From positions 42,750,430-42,814,429 of the forward strand of contig NC_090399.1 of assembly GCF_036365525.1 (NCBI RefSeq): a stretch of DNA of 64,000 nt. The letters run 5' to 3'. This DNA is from Heterodontus francisci (Eukaryota). Below the pieces are notes generated by a model. It did no database searches. It saw nothing but the letters and a program-made list of their open reading frames with translations, and was not told where the DNA came from. Both the position numbers and the translations under genes were made by a program. Positions 46,951-60,302 of the stretch are shown piece after piece. Positions within the stretch are counted from its first letter, which is position 1, and each line of letters starts with the position of its first letter.

Positions 46951-47287
46951 GTTTAGAGATACAGCACTGAAACAGGCCGTTTGGCCCACCGAGTCTGTGC
47001 CGACCATCAACCACCCATTTATACTAATCCTACACTGATCCCATATTCCTACCACATCCCCACCTGTCCCTATATTTCCCTACCAATACTAGGGGCAATT
47101 TATAATGGCCAATTTACCTATCAACCTGCAAGTCTTTTGGCTGTGGGAGGAAACCAGAGCACCCGGAGGAAACCCACGCAGACACAGGGAGCACTTGCAA
47201 ACTCCACACAGGCAATACCCAGAATTGAACCCGGGTCACTGAAGCTGTGAGGCTGCGGTGCTAACCACTGCGCCACTGTGCCGCCCC
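46951..47287 (-). mobile_element. HE1-type SINE, full length
   Basis: Head GGGCGGCACAGTGGCGCAGTGGTTAGC with A/B boxes. TTGA flanks it on both sides. Confidence 0.93.
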
Positions 47288-47779
47288 TTGATATTGAATG
47301 ATGAAATGAGCAATGAAATAAGTGCATGTAAAAGAAAAGGAGGATGTACTGAATAAACTAATCAAACTTGAAGAGGATAAAGCCTCCAGTCTGGATGGAT
47401 TTTACCCATTTTTTAAAAAAGAATCTAGGGAAGAGATAGCAGAGGCATTACTACACATATTTAATAGGTCATTAGAAAAAGGTGTAGTGCCAGAGGACTG
47501 GCAGATAGCTAGCATAACTTCTCTACTTAAGGGGAACAAAATATACCCAGGGAATTATAGACCAGTTAGCTTCACATCGGTGGTAGGAAAAATAATGGAA
47601 TCCCTACTAAAGGAAAGAATAGAAGGACATCTTGAAATGAAAAATATAATTATGAATACTCGGTATGGATTTCAAAAGGGAAAATGTTGCTTGACCAACA
47701 TTAATGAATTTTTTGAGGAGGTAACAGGGATTAGACAATGGTAATACAGTGGATTCAATTTGTCTGGACTTTCAAAAGG

Positions 47780-48105
47780 CCTTTTATTTATCTGTTTCTG
47801 GGATGTGAGCATCGTTGGCTTGGCCAGCATTTATTGTCCATCCCTAATTTCCCTTGAGAAGGTGGTGATGAGCTGCCTTCCTGAACCACTGCAGTCCATG
47901 TGGGGTAGGTACAACTACAGTGCTGTTAGGAAGGGAGTTCCAGGATTTTGACCCAGTGACGGTGATATAGTTTCAAGTCAGGATGGTGTGTGACTTGAGT
48001 GGAACTTGCAGGTGGTGATGTTCCCATACATCTGCTGCCCTTGTCTTTCTAGGTGGTGGAGGTCGGGGGTTTGGAAGGTGCTGTGTAAGGGGCCTTGGTG
48101 TGTTG
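47780..48105 (-). mobile_element. LINE 3' fragment of the family at 53405-54175
   Basis: Reverse-complement match to 53870-54165. Confidence 0.8.
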
Positions 48106-48304
48106 CCTTCAATAAGGTGCCCCAGAATAGACTAATGAACAAGGCCAGATAATATGGAGTCAGGGGATAAGTGGCAGAATGGATTGCTAGCTGGCTTCAA
48201 GATTGAAAGCAGTGAGTGGGAGTAAAGGGTTATTATTGAGACTGGCAGAAGGTAGATAGTAGTGTTCTACAAGGATCAGTGCTGGGAACACTGCTGTTCA
48301 CAAC

Positions 48305-49441
48305 TGTTTGAGGGTTTCCATTTTTGTTTGTTAAAACTTGAAAATTTATAATTTCAAGCTGAAAAGAGATTCCATGGATGCTGGAGTCTTGAAGAAGCTG
48401 AACTTTGTGGGGTTTTTTAAAGGAAGGTCACCAAAAGGCTTGGATTGAGACTGGAACTGTAAACAGTTACTGGAAAGCATCTGGTTTCAAATAAAAACCC
48501 AGCAGGGGTTGTTTTGTGATGTTTGCAGAGAGGTGACAAGCCAAGATTTATGGTAGTCATGAGACGGAATTCTGGAAAAGTTTTAGTTTCAAGTTAAACT
48601 GTTAAAAAAGGCAGTTTTGCTGATTGACCCAGCAGGAGAAGACAACTCACCTCTTACTCTTGAAATAATCCTGCATCAAGAGATTCCTATTTCCTCCTGT
48701 TTCTGAAGGAAAGCCTGCACGATTAAATAACTTGCATGTCAAATATGTGGAACTGAAACCTTTGTTTATACATTTCTGCTTTAAGACCTGACTGAAGCCT
48801 TCTGTAGCTGCATCATTTGGAAAGCCTACCCAAACTGATCAGCAACATCACCTGGAAAGAACTGTTATTGGAAGATCCCATTGACAGCTGGCGATACCTT
48901 TGGGACATCTCAGCAAAACATAGGACGACCTTCCATACATTCTCTTCAGCCTGAGAGTTTTTGGTTCTTTTAATTTCTTCTACTTCTTTGTAACAGCTGT
49001 AAACAAAAATCCCTTTTATTTTTTCCCGGTTAACCGGTTGTGTATGTATGTATGTGTGCGTGAGGGCTAGGATAAATGAAGGGCTTTAATTTTTCAATTT
49101 GTGTGTATGTTTTACTTCATAATTGGTTAATACTTAGATTAGATTAGAGATACAGCACTGAAACAGGCCCTTCGGCCCACCGAGTCTGTGCCGACCATCA
49201 ACCACCCATTTATACTAATCCTACACTAATCCCATATTCCTACCAAACTTAGTTTATAATAAACTGCTAATGTTTTTGTTTATTAAAGAAACCTGCTTGG
49301 TGTTGTTTATTCTGGGGAAAAATAGGGTATATAGGCTAAAAATAGACTGTTTCAGTAAGTTGGAAAATTTAAATATATGTTGTGATCTGCGGAGAAGTGG
49401 GACTGGATTAACAGTGCATTCCTCCCGCATCGGTCATAACA
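48305..49441 (+). mobile_element. Solo LTR (Gypsy-type) containing a SINE fragment at 49138-49246
   Basis: TGTT...AACA termini with CAAC/CAAT flanks. The SINE tail fragment has the TSD ACTTAG (49132-49137 and 49247-49252). Confidence 0.78.
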
Positions 49442-49804
49442 CAATTTGGACTTTAGAATCAGAAATGCAATTTCTAAATTTGTCAAAGACACCAAATTGT
49501 GAGGGAATAGTCAATACTGAAGAGGACTGCAATAAATTACAGAAGGACATTAATAAACTTGCAGAATTGTCAAATAATTGGCAAAAGAAGATCAACATGG
49601 ATAAATGTGAGTTAGTAGATTTTGATAAGAAGAATAGGAAGGTCACTTATTACTCAGAAGGTCCGAGTCTGGGGGTAGGGAGAGGAAAAAAGGGATCTCA
49701 GAGTACAAATACACCAATCACTAAAAGTTATGCCACAAGTTAGCAAGGCCATGAAAATCAGTAATCCAAGCTTTATTTCGAGGATAGAATTGAAAAGTAG
49801 GGAC

Positions 49805-50150
49805 GCTCTCCCCCTTCCCCGTCTCTCTCTCTCTCCCCCCTTCCCCATCTCTCTGTCTCCCTTCCTCATCACTCTCTGTCTCTCTCTCTCTTCCCCGTCA
49901 CTCTATCTCTCCCCCTTCCCTGTCTCTCTCTCTCTCCCCCCTCCTCGTCTCTCTCTCCTCCCTTCCCCGTCTCTCTCTCTCTCCCCCCTTCTTGTCTTTA
50001 TCTCTCTCTATCCCGTCCCCATCTCTCTCTCTCTCCCCCTCTTCGCTGCCTCTCTCTCTCCCTCTTCCCCATCTCTCTCTCTCCCTCTTCCCCTCTCTCT
50101 CTCTTTCCCTTTCTCTGTCTCTGTATCTCCCTCGCTCCGTGCTCCCCACT
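49805..50150. repeat. CT-rich low-complexity tract
   Basis: Directly visible. Confidence 0.9.
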
Positions 50151-51019
50151 CTAGTTCCATGTTCCCACTACTCGCTGCAGCCAAACCAGATATTTACCAT
50201 GCCTGTATTATTTAAGTTGGAGCAAGTGGAGACGGGAACCGGCCCAGTGTGCAGGGTACAGGACATTTACTGAACCGCACAAAAGCAACAGGGGTGGCTG
50301 ATCCCCCAGGGTGCCTGCACTGCATTCCACCAATCAGCGCTAACCCCGCCTGGGCAGCCCCTGTCAGTCACAGAGAGTGACCAATCACAGGCAGGAGTTT
50401 CCACACAAGGCGGTCATCAATCAGAGCTGAGCCACGGACAGATTGTTGGGCTGGAAGGAAACCTTTGGCAGGCCAGATTCTGGCCCATGGGCTGTATGTG
50501 GACAACCCTGATATAGAGGCACTGGAGGAGCAGAGAAGATTCACAAGGATGGTACCAGAAATGTGGGGTATATTTATCAGGAAAGGATTCACAGGCTGGG
50601 TCTCTTTACTGTTGAAAAATAAAGGCTGAGAGGTCCCCTAATAGAGATCTTTAAAATTCTGAAAGGTTTTGATAGAGTGGATACAGAGAGAATGTTTCCA
50701 CTTGTGGGGAAAAGCAGAACTAGAAGCTATCAATATAAGATAATCACCAAGAAATCCAATAGGGAAATCAGAAAAATCTTCTTTACTCAAAGATTGGTGA
50801 GAATGTGGAACTCGCTACTACAGAGAGTGGTTGGAGTGAATAGTATAAATGTATTTAAGGGTAGACAAGTATATGAGGGAGAAGGAATAGAGGATTATGT
50901 TGACTTAGATGAGGAAAGATGGGAGGAGGCTCGAATGGAGCATAAACACCAGTATGGACTGGATAGGCCAAATGGCCAGTTTCTGTGTCGTATATCCTAC
51001 ATAACCCTGTTACAACTTC

Positions 51020-52059
51020 ACATGTTGTTGTCAAGGTGCAGGAGCCCTCCTTTCCTGTCTGAAAACAGCCTGCACACGGCTGTTTCACTTCTGCAGTTAC
51101 ATCTGCTGGCCAACAGAGAGCTCCTTTGAGCAGCAACTCATCCAAACACTCAGCACTCACTTGAAAGCAAAAGAAGTCTCTGTCAGTCAGACAGGGCTCT
51201 CGACTGCTCCCTCACACTCAGGGTAATTGATCAGACACAGCAGTGGTGTCAGGTGTCAGTGAACGGTAGCGCACGTACTTCCTTCCAAAGTGTTTCCACA
51301 TGCTGAGGTACAAAGAGGTCGAGAGGCGTCAAATCCTTTGGTGTGTTATAGTAAATAAGGATTCTTTCTTTTTATATGGAGCAAAGATGGAGAGCTGAGG
51401 TGAGAGAAGGGAAAGAAAGCTTTACAATACTGGATACTTTACTGAGGAGTTTTATTCAGGATCTTCACATTTTGAGACTAAAACGCTGCCAATGGCACTA
51501 AGAAGACACTTGCCCTGCAAGGGGTCAGGCGGCACAATCAGGTAGATCAGCTTGTAAACTGTGTGAAGTCAGAATGCAAAGTTTACAAAACTTATCGCAC
51601 CAGTAGGAGTCAAACCTGCAATCTTTCAATCTATAGTCGGATGAGTTTTGCACCACCGACCCGATCAGTGAGTGTTAGTGCACATCCTGCACAGCTGCAA
51701 TGCTAGCAGATATACAAGCAGTGACGGTAGAAATCATGTGGTGAACTATCAGGAAAGAGAATTATTTTTACTGCTTCCCTTCAATGGTTGAGCATGAAAT
51801 GCTGTGAACCTGCACTGGAAAGTGAAACAAACTTATCCTTCGGTTACTGGTTTAATTCCAGCTTGAAGGAGTGTGTGTCTTTTTAGAGTAATTGTGTTCA
51901 AGCAGCAATTAGCTGAAGGCAGTGCTCTTAACTTAACAAGTAGATTCTGGTTTAACATGTTGCTGCCAAGGTGCAGGAGCCCTCCTTTCCTGTCTGAAAA
52001 CAGCCTGCACATGGCTGGTTCACTTCTGCAGTTACATCTGCTGGCCAGCAGAGAGCTCC
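51020..52059. repeat. 105-bp direct repeat with a 935-bp period (51020-51124 and 51955-52059)
   Basis: CATGTTG..CAAGGTGCAGGAGCCCTCCTTTCCTGTCTGAAAACAGCCTGCAC..AGAGAGCTCC occurs twice. Confidence 0.9.
51596..51662 (-). pseudogene. Degenerate tRNA-Arg(ACG)-like sequence
   Basis: Aligns by eye to the reverse complement of vertebrate tRNA-Arg-ACG (..AGGAGTCGAACCTGGAATCTTCTGATCCGTAGTCAGACGCGTT..). It has substitutions in the T-loop and anticodon and a D-arm deletion. Confidence 0.6.
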
Positions 52060-55016
52060 ATTTTTCCCAAAAATATACTTTATTCCTAAAATTTGTAAAA
52101 ATACATCACAGTTCAAATTGGACATTATAGAAATTGCAATACAGATCAGTTTCTTCAGTACAGTACATGAGGTGCCTCTCTTCACTTACCATTAAAGGTT
52201 ATATTTATAATGTACCTTTCATGTCAAACGAGGGGTTTTACATGGGTTCCAGCCTCTCGGTTCACTATGGTGGGGGTGGGAGGACCTTACACAGTGACCT
52301 TTCTCCATTGAGCCTTTGCAGCGGCTGCCCCAAGCTTTAATGCATCCCTCAGCACCTAGTCCTGTACTTTGGAATGTTCCAGTCTACAACACTCGGTCAT
52401 TGACAGCTATTTGCACTGGAAGACCAGCAGGTTTTGGGCAGCCCAAAAAGGGTCGTTCACCAAGTTGATGTTCCTCCAGCAGAAGTTGACCTTTATCTCG
52501 GTGTGTGTCCCTGGGAACAGACAATAGAGCACTGAGTCCTGCATTAAGGAGCTGCTCTGGATGAACCTCGACAAAAACTGCTGCATCACTTTCCAGACCT
52601 GCTTTGTGAAGGAACATTCCAGAAGGAGGTGGATGACGGTCTCTTCCCCACCCACAGCTAACTCGAGGACAGCATGCAGATGCAAGCTACATCTTGGTGC
52701 TTGTTTGAAAGTTCTGGTGATGAGGTATTCTGCCAAATGACTAACAGTCTGCTCGGGGAATCATCCGACAGGGTCCACCATCTCCTTTTCCCAAAGGGCC
52801 TCGAGGACATTCCATGTGGATCGCTGCCTGTGGTCATAGGAGTTTTTCAGTACAAACTTTACCACGAGGGACAGGTGGTATGGCACAATCTAACTGAATG
52901 GAGCATTCTGCAGCAACATGGTCGGACCCATCCTTCATAACACAAGGACAGATTGAACCTCAGCACGTGATGACACTTGGTGTTTGCGTACTGGGGGATG
53001 CAGCCACACACAAAGGTGGCCATCAGGATGAGGGGGATGTAGGGTACGTTTTTCCCCCTTTATCTAGAGGTTTGAACATCATGTCCCTCCGGACACGGTC
53101 CATTTTCGTTCTCCGGATAAAATGGAAGATGGCTCGGGTGACTGCCATGGCACAGGAGTGGGGTATGGGCCAGACCTGAACCACATACAGCAACACTGAT
53201 AGTACCTCACATCTGATAATCAGGTTCTTGCCCGCTTTGGAGAGGGAACACTGCTCCCACATGACCAGTTTCTGTTTCACCATGGCTACTTGTTCCTTCC
53301 AGTTTTTGACGCATGCCCCAGTTCCTCCAAACCATATGGCCTCGCTCTTGCTGCAATTTACTTTCATTCCCGAGGCCAGTTCAAACTGGTCACAGATGCT
53401 CATCTATCTGCAAACGAACAACAAATCCGAGCAGAGAAACAAGAGAGAATCTAACCATCTCCTCTTGACATTCAATGGCATTACAATCACTGAATTCCCC
53501 ACTATCAACATCCTGGGGGTTATCATTGACCAGAAACTGAACTGGATCAGCCATATAAATACTGTGGCTAAAATAGTAGGTCAGAGGCTAGGAATCCTGC
53601 GGTGAGTAACACACCTCCTGACTCCCCAAAGCCTGTCCACCAACTACAAGGCACAAGTCAGGAGTGTGATGGAATACTCTCCACTTGCCTGGATGGGTGC
53701 AGCTCCAACAACACTCAAGAAGCTCGGCACCATCCAGGACAAAGCAGCCCGCTTGATTGGCACCCCATTCACAAACCTTCACTCCCTCCGCCACCAACGC
53801 ACAGTGGCAGCAGTGTGTACCATCTACAAGATGCACTGCAGCAACTCACCAAAGCTCCTCAGACAGCACCTTCCAAACCAGTGACCTCTACCACCCAGAA
53901 GGACAAGGGCATCAAATGCATGGGAACACCACCACCTGCAAGTTCCCCTCCAAGTCACACACCATCCTGACTTGGAACTATATCGCCGTTCCTTCATTGT
54001 CGCTGGGTCAAAATCCTGGAACTCCCTTCCTAACAGCACTGTGGGTGTACCTACCCCACATGGACTGCAGCGGTTCAAGAAGGCAGCTCACCACCACCTT
54101 CTCCAGGGCAATTAGGGATGGGCAATAAATGCTGGCCTGGCCAGTGACGCCCACATCCCAGGAATGAACAAAAAGGAAGACGGTGACGTCGTCCATGTGC
54201 ATGGAGGCTTTGACACGAGTGCCTCCGCTGCCAGAGATTGTCACCTTTTATATCAGTAGCCTTCCTAATGGACTCAGCAAGAGGTTCGATACAGCAACAA
54301 ACAAGACTGGGGAGAGAGGACAGCCCTGTCTGACTCCAGATTTGATCGGGAAATTTTCTGATTCCCACCATTGATTGAGACTGCACTACTGATGTTTGTG
54401 TAGAGCAGTTTGATCCAATTGAGGATTCCATCCTCAAACCCCATTTTGGAGAGCGTGTCCATCATGTAGGTGTGCGATATCCTTTCAAAAGCCTCCTCCT
54501 GGTCCAGGCTGATGAGTCAGGTGTCCACCCTCCTGTCCCATACAAAGTCTCGCGCTACTCAGGGATGCGATCGCCTATCTGAAATCTTCCTGCCAGGTAC
54601 AGTACAGGTCTGATCGGGGTGAATCACCAGCTCTAGAGCAGGCTTGACCCGACTGGCGATGACTTTGGACAGAATCTTGTAGTCAACATTAAGCAGTGAG
54701 ATGGGCTGCCAATTTATGATTTCTGCCCTCTCCCCTTTCCGCTTGTAGATGAGGGTGACGATGCCTTTCCTCATGGATTCTGACATGCTGCCGGCCAGGA
54801 GCATACTCTCGTATACTTCCAGCAGGTCCGGGCCGACCGAGTCCCACAGGGCCGAATACAACTCAACCGATAAGCCATCGCTTAGGTTTTGGAGTCTAAG
54901 TTTTACTCGTCTCGAAGGACCTGACGGCCTTTGTCAGCTCATCCAGAGTTAGCGGCTTGTCCACACTCTCCCACATGCTGTCATCTAAGACCTCCATGAT
55001 AGACGACAGGAAGGAT
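52060..55016 (-). mobile_element. Tx1/L1-clade LINE, decayed RT and CCHC region plus 3' end
   Basis: VTLIYKRKGE..NWQPISLLNVDYKILSK, PDQTCTVPGR, ASMHMDDV and zinc knuckle EETVIHLLLEC. The T-rich 3' end with TTTATT starts at 52060. Confidence 0.88.
53405..54175 (+). mobile_element. CR1/L2-type LINE 3' portion nested in the Tx1 element
   Basis: INILGVIIDQKLNW..HI and MEYSPLAW..IQDKAARLI, with a 3' tail at ~54165. Confidence 0.85.
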
Positions 55017-55399
55017 TAGGATGAATGGGAGGAGAAAAGGAGAATTAAGAAAGAAAGTAAGAGACAATGAGGAGAGAAAGAGAGAGGAGTGATAGAGGAA
55101 GATACAGAGGAGGAAAAGTAGAAGGAGATGGAAAAGGAATGTGAGAGACAGAGGGTGTGGCAGTGTGTGAATAATTCCTCAGAATGAACTGATGAAACTT
55201 CCAGTAGAATTCTGATGAGCAAATGTAATTTGAAGGTGTTGTTAGGATGCTGTCAGATTGTGAGATTTTAATTGTACTGGTCAAGTGTGTTTATCACTCT
55301 CAGTCTGTTTTGCCAAATGTTACTTTTTCTTATTTACTGATTGAATAAATATACTTACAGAATAGAATCCAAGATTTATTGTTTGTAATGAATCACATA

Positions 55400-57770
55400 A
55401 GAATGAAACATAAGAAGTAGGAGCAGGAGTAGACCATTCGGCCCCTCGAACCTGCTCCACAATTTATTAAGATCACAGCTGATCCACAACCTCAACTCCA
55501 CATTCCCACACAAAACAATTATCCTGAGATTTCCTTAGACTCCAAAACCTACTGAGCTCAGTCTTTAATATACTCAGTGACTGAATATCCACAGCACTAT
55601 GGAGTGGACAATTTCAAAGATTCACAACCCTCTGAGTGAAGAAATTTCTCCTCATCTCAGTGGAAATAGTCGACTCCTTATCCTGAGACTCTGCCCCCTA
55701 GTTCTAGGCTCTCCAGCCAGGGGGAAACAGTCTCTCATCTACCCTGTCAATCCCTCTCAGAATCTTGTATATTTCAAGGAGACCACCTCTCATTCTTCTA
55801 AACTCCAGAGAATATAAACCCATTCTACTCAATCTCTCATCACAGGAATTTACATCGTGAAGAGGTTTGTCGCATCCCCTCTATGGCAAAAATTTCCTTC
55901 CTTAGGTACACAGACCAAAACTGTACACAGTACTCCTGGGGTGGACTCATCAAAGCCCTGTACAATTACAGTATTTAAATCTCCATTATGCAAGTTTGTT
56001 AATGTCTTCAGGTATTTTATTGCACTGTTCCTCTGTATTAACTTACTCTCAATTTGGATTTGTCTGCAAATCTTGCGAACAGCACTGAGATGAGGAGAAA
56101 TGTCTTCACGCAGAGGGTTGTGAATATTTGAAACTGTCCACTCCATATGGACTGCAGCGGTTCAAGAAGGCAGCTCCCCACCACCTTCTCAAGGGCAGTT
56201 AGGGATGGGCAATAAATTATATTATTCAAAGAATTCAATAAGGTTGGTCAAGTATGACCTTTTTACAATATGTGCTGACTACTCTTTATTCTATTACTTG
56301 TTTCTTGATGTGTTTCTGTTACATCTTTGAATAAAGATTCCATTATCTTTCCTGTCACTGACATTATGCTAACTGGTCTGAAGTTTTTTGGACTTGTTCT
56401 ATGTTCTGCTTTAATATAAGAATCAGACTCATGGCACTATTCCCTATTCTGATGATTATTAATGAACAGATAATTCACAGAATCACTCAGAATCACAGAT
56501 TAATTTCAATGCAGAAGGTGGCCATTCAGCCCATCGTGTCCTCACCGGCTCTCTGAAAGAGCAACTCCCTCAGTTTCATTCCCCTGCCTTCTCCCCATAA
56601 CCCTGCACATTCCTCCTTTTCATATAACTGTCTAATTTCCTTTTGAATACTTCAATTGACCCTGCCTTCACCATGTTTACAGGCAGCGCATTCCAGACCT
56701 GAACCACTCGCTGCGTTTTCCTCATGTCACTTTTGCTCCTCTTACCAAATACTTTAAATCTGTGCCCTCTCGTTCTCGATCCTTTCATGAGTGGGAACAG
56801 TTTCTCTCTATCTACTCTGTCCAGGCCCCTCATGATTTTGAATATCTCTATCAAATCACCTCTCAGCCTTCTCTTCAAGGAAAACAGTCCTAACTTCTCC
56901 AATCTATCTTCATAACTGAAATTCCTCATCCCTGAAACCATTCCCGTGAATCTTTTCTGTACTCTCTCCGATGCCCTCACATATTTCCTCAAGTGCGGCG
57001 CCCAGAATTGGACGCAATACTCCAGCTGAGACCGAGCTAGTGTCTTATACAAGTTCAACATAACTTCCTTGCTCTTGTACTCTATGCCCCTATTAATAAA
57101 GCCCAGGATACTGTATGCTTTATTAACCGCTCTCTCAACCTGTCCTGCCACCTTCAATGACTTATGCACATATACACCTAGGTCCCGCTGCTCCTGTGAC
57201 AATATTGAAAACACTGGTCCCTTTAATTAAACAGGACTCATTTCAGTGCTAATAGAGAGCAGGTGATACTCATTATAGTTTAGGGCTGGGTTTTTGCCCA
57301 GTTGCGGGGTTGCCTTTGGACAGAGAGTTAGTCCAGATGGAAAGAGTGGGAACTGATGTTTGGACTGAACTATGAATTGCCAGTAAAACAGTTGTAGATC
57401 TGAGACTGAGATCGGCTTCCTAATTTTGGTGACTGGACATCTGTCTGTTTCACACCTGAACCCCCTTTAGAATTGTACCCTTTATTTTATATTGTCTCTC
57501 CATGTTATTCTGACCAAAATTAATCACTTCACATTTCTGTGCATTGAATTTCATCTGCCACCTGTCTGCCCATTCCACCAACTTGTCTATGTCTTTCAGT
57601 TCTACATTATCCTCCACACAGTTCACAATACTTCCAAGTTTCGTCTGCAAACTTTGAAATTGTGCCCTGTACACCAAGTACTAGGTCATTAATATATATC
57701 AGGAAAAGCAAGGGTCCCAACACTGATCCCTGCGGAACACTACTACAAACCTTCCTCCAGCCCGAAAAGT
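55400..57770 (-). mobile_element. CR1 LINE fragments (at least two copies)
   Basis: ORF 56576-57214 (DLGVYVHKSL..QLEYCVQFWAP) plus [10 protein letters not shown] and KFADE. Tails lie at ~55410 and ~56480. Confidence 0.88.
57197..57454. mobile_element. 258-bp solo-LTR-like insertion in CR1
   Basis: TG...CA termini with a 4-bp TSD CCTG (57193-57196 and 57455-57458). Confidence 0.72.
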
Positions 57771-57789
57771 AAACTAAACCTTGTCCTAG

Positions 57790-58640
57790 GAGTGTGTTTA
57801 AACACCAACTCATAAGTTGTGCAACCTGTTGTAGACTATGGGATTATTCTGTAAGAGAACAGAAAATAGTCTAGCCTGTGTCAAAGAGAAACATGGAAAT
57901 TACTGCCTAGCTTGTCAACTATCAAATACTTCTGCAAAGACCTCGTCACAATTTGTACACTTCTTTCTGCAGCACCATTCGATGCTGGGTGATATGGTGG
58001 TTTTAGAGTGTGATTGACTCCATTCTTACTCAGAAATATTTCAAACTCTTCTGACATAAACTGTGGACCATTATCTGACACCAATACCTCTGGCAACCCA
58101 TAAATTGCAAAACAACTTCTCAAAACCTCAATACTTTTATTACTTGTGGTATTGGGGATGGACTCGACATTTATCCACTTGCTATAGCTATCGACCAAAA
58201 CAAAATACTCTTTTCCTTCCACTTCTAAGAAATCGACATGTACTTGTTCCCACGGTTTTCTTGTGTTTGACCATGGAACGAAAGGAACCTTGTTTGGATC
58301 ATTTCTCATTCTGAGACACACTTCACAACTTTTTACCAACTCTTCAATATCTCGATCTACCTTTGGAGACTAAAAATAGCTTCTTGCTACTGTTTTCATC
58401 TGGAGTATCTCTGTGTGCTCTTGATGAAGTTCCTCTAACAATCTCTTTCTAAACCTTGGTGGAATAATGACTCTTAAATCCCATAGGAAACAGCCTTGAT
58501 CTACACTCAGTTCATTTCTACGTGTGAAATACTCCTGCAATTTCTCATCATCACACTCTTTAGACCAGACATTCATGACATAATTGAACACTTTACTGAG
58601 CACCACATCCTTGTGAGGTTCTTCACTAATTTTTCAGGTT
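57790..58640 (-). mobile_element. Gypsy integrase fragment, copy 1
   Basis: HHCC region (LHQEH..ARSY..CEVC) and D-D-E core (VHVDF, LVSDNGPQF, HPASNGAAER). Confidence 0.9.
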
Positions 58641-58784
58641 TTAATTTAAGTTTTGTTTCATTTCCCTGTTTGAACAAATATATTTATTTATACTACACAT
58701 AACAGGGGCCTGGAGAATAAAGGCTCCCTCGACAACTAAAAAAGAGATACATCGTCAAGCTCCCTGTACACTTTGTTGACAAAC

Positions 58785-59382
58785 ACAGTGAGGAGGGATG
58801 GACAGGGAGAGAGAGAGGAGTGGAGAGAGGGGAAGGGGCAAGAGAGGGAGGGAAACAGGGAATGGGAGAGAGAGAGTGTGTGTAGGATAGAGATTAGGAT
58901 GGAGAGATGGTGAGGGAGGGTGGTGAGTGAGGGTGAGAGATGGATTGGGTAGAGTGGGAGAAGGTAAAGGGTGAGATGGAGGGGGGGACAGGGACTGGGT
59001 GAGGGAGGATGTAGGGAGTGAGGGAATCGAGAGAAAGAGGGGAGGGAGGTGGGAAAGGGGAGAGGGATGGGGAGACAGGGAGAGAGTGTGGGTTGGCGAG
59101 AGGCATGGGGATGACAGAGAGTGTGGGGAGGGGAGAGCGAGTCAAATAGAAAGAAAGAGGGTGACTGAAAGACCAAATGAGAGTGTAAGTGAGAGGGGGA
59201 GGTGGAGGGTGTAGAGGGAGGTGTGACAGAGAAAAAGTGGGGAAAGAGAGATTGACAGCATGAGAGAGATTGAAAGAGAAAGTGAGAGCAAATGACAGAC
59301 AAAGCGAGAGATGAAGAGGGAAACAGAGACAGAGATATAGGGAAAGAGAGAGAGAAAACAAGAGACTGAAAGATAATGTGAG
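58785..59382. repeat. GA-rich tract; 58856-59085 is duplicated at 60072-60303
   Basis: Both copies share unique strings such as GTGAGAGATGGATTGGGTAGAGTGGGA. Confidence 0.85.
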
Positions 59383-59990
59383 AGCCTGTATCAAAGAGAA
59401 AGATGGAGACATGGAAATTACTGCCTAACTTGTCACCTAGCAAATACTTCTGCAAAGACCTCTTCACAATTTGTACACTTCTTTCTGCAGCACCATTTGA
59501 TGCTGGGTGATATGGTGGTATTAGAGTGTGTTTGACTCCATTCTTACTCAGAAATATTTCAAACTCTTCTGACATAAACTGTGGACCATTATCTGACACC
59601 AACACCTCTGGCAACCCATAAATTACAAACCAACTTCTCAAAAACTCAATAGTTTTAGTACTTGTGGTATTGAGCATAGACTCAACATTAATCCACTTGC
59701 TATAGCTATCGACCAAAACAAAATACTCTTTCCCTTCCACTTCAAAGAAATTGACATGTACTTGTTCCCACGGTTTTCTTGTGTTTGATCATGGAATGAA
59801 AGGAACCTTGGTTAGATTATTTCTCATTCTGAGACACACTTCACAACTTTTCACCAACTCTTCAATATCTCGATCTACCTTTGAAGACAAAACTAGCTTC
59901 TTACTACTGCTTTCATACGGACTATCCCCGTGTGCTCTTGATGAAGTTCCACTTACAATCTTTCTCTAAATCTTGGTGGAATAATAGATC
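59383..59990 (-). mobile_element. Gypsy integrase fragment, copy 2
   Basis: Closely similar to copy 1 (EGKEYFVLVDSYSKWINVES..SDNGPQFMSEEF). Confidence 0.9.
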
Positions 59991-60302
59991 TTAAAGACAA
60001 AAAAAGACACACTGTGTAGCAGGGTGCGAGAGAGGGTGAGAAAGTGACATTAGGAGTTATATAAAGATAAAGAGGGAATGGGAGGGAGAGAGAGTGTGTG
60101 TAGGATAGGGATTGGGACAGAGAGATGGTGAGGGAGGGTGGTGAGTGAGGGTGAGAGATGGATTGGGTAGAGTGGGAAAAGGTAAAGGGTGAGATGGAGG
60201 GGGGGACAGGGACTGGGTGAGGGAGGATGTAGGGAGTGAGAGAGTCGAGAGAAAGAGGGGAGGGAGGTGGGAAAGGGGAGAGGGATGGGGAGACAGGGAG
60301 AG

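Larger units (their letters stand above)
42100..51010 (+). mobile_element. Old CR1 LINE fragmented by multiple nested insertions
   Basis: Colinear pieces: NAHSICNK..VVGITETWL (42170), IWIEIK..VYRP (44300), IIVGDFN (45950), GNYRPVSF..GFQKGK (47550), NWQKKINMDKCE (49580) and a 3' end at ~50990. Confidence 0.75.

Noticed and set aside
46951-47287. Functional tRNA genes at SINE heads
   Set aside because: The tRNA-like heads are fused to a SINE body and CR1-like tail and are repeated in the window.
58736-59740. 334-aa integrase fused to a hydrophobic/Pro-rich tail
   Set aside because: The tail is read-through into a CT-rich tract after a truncation point.
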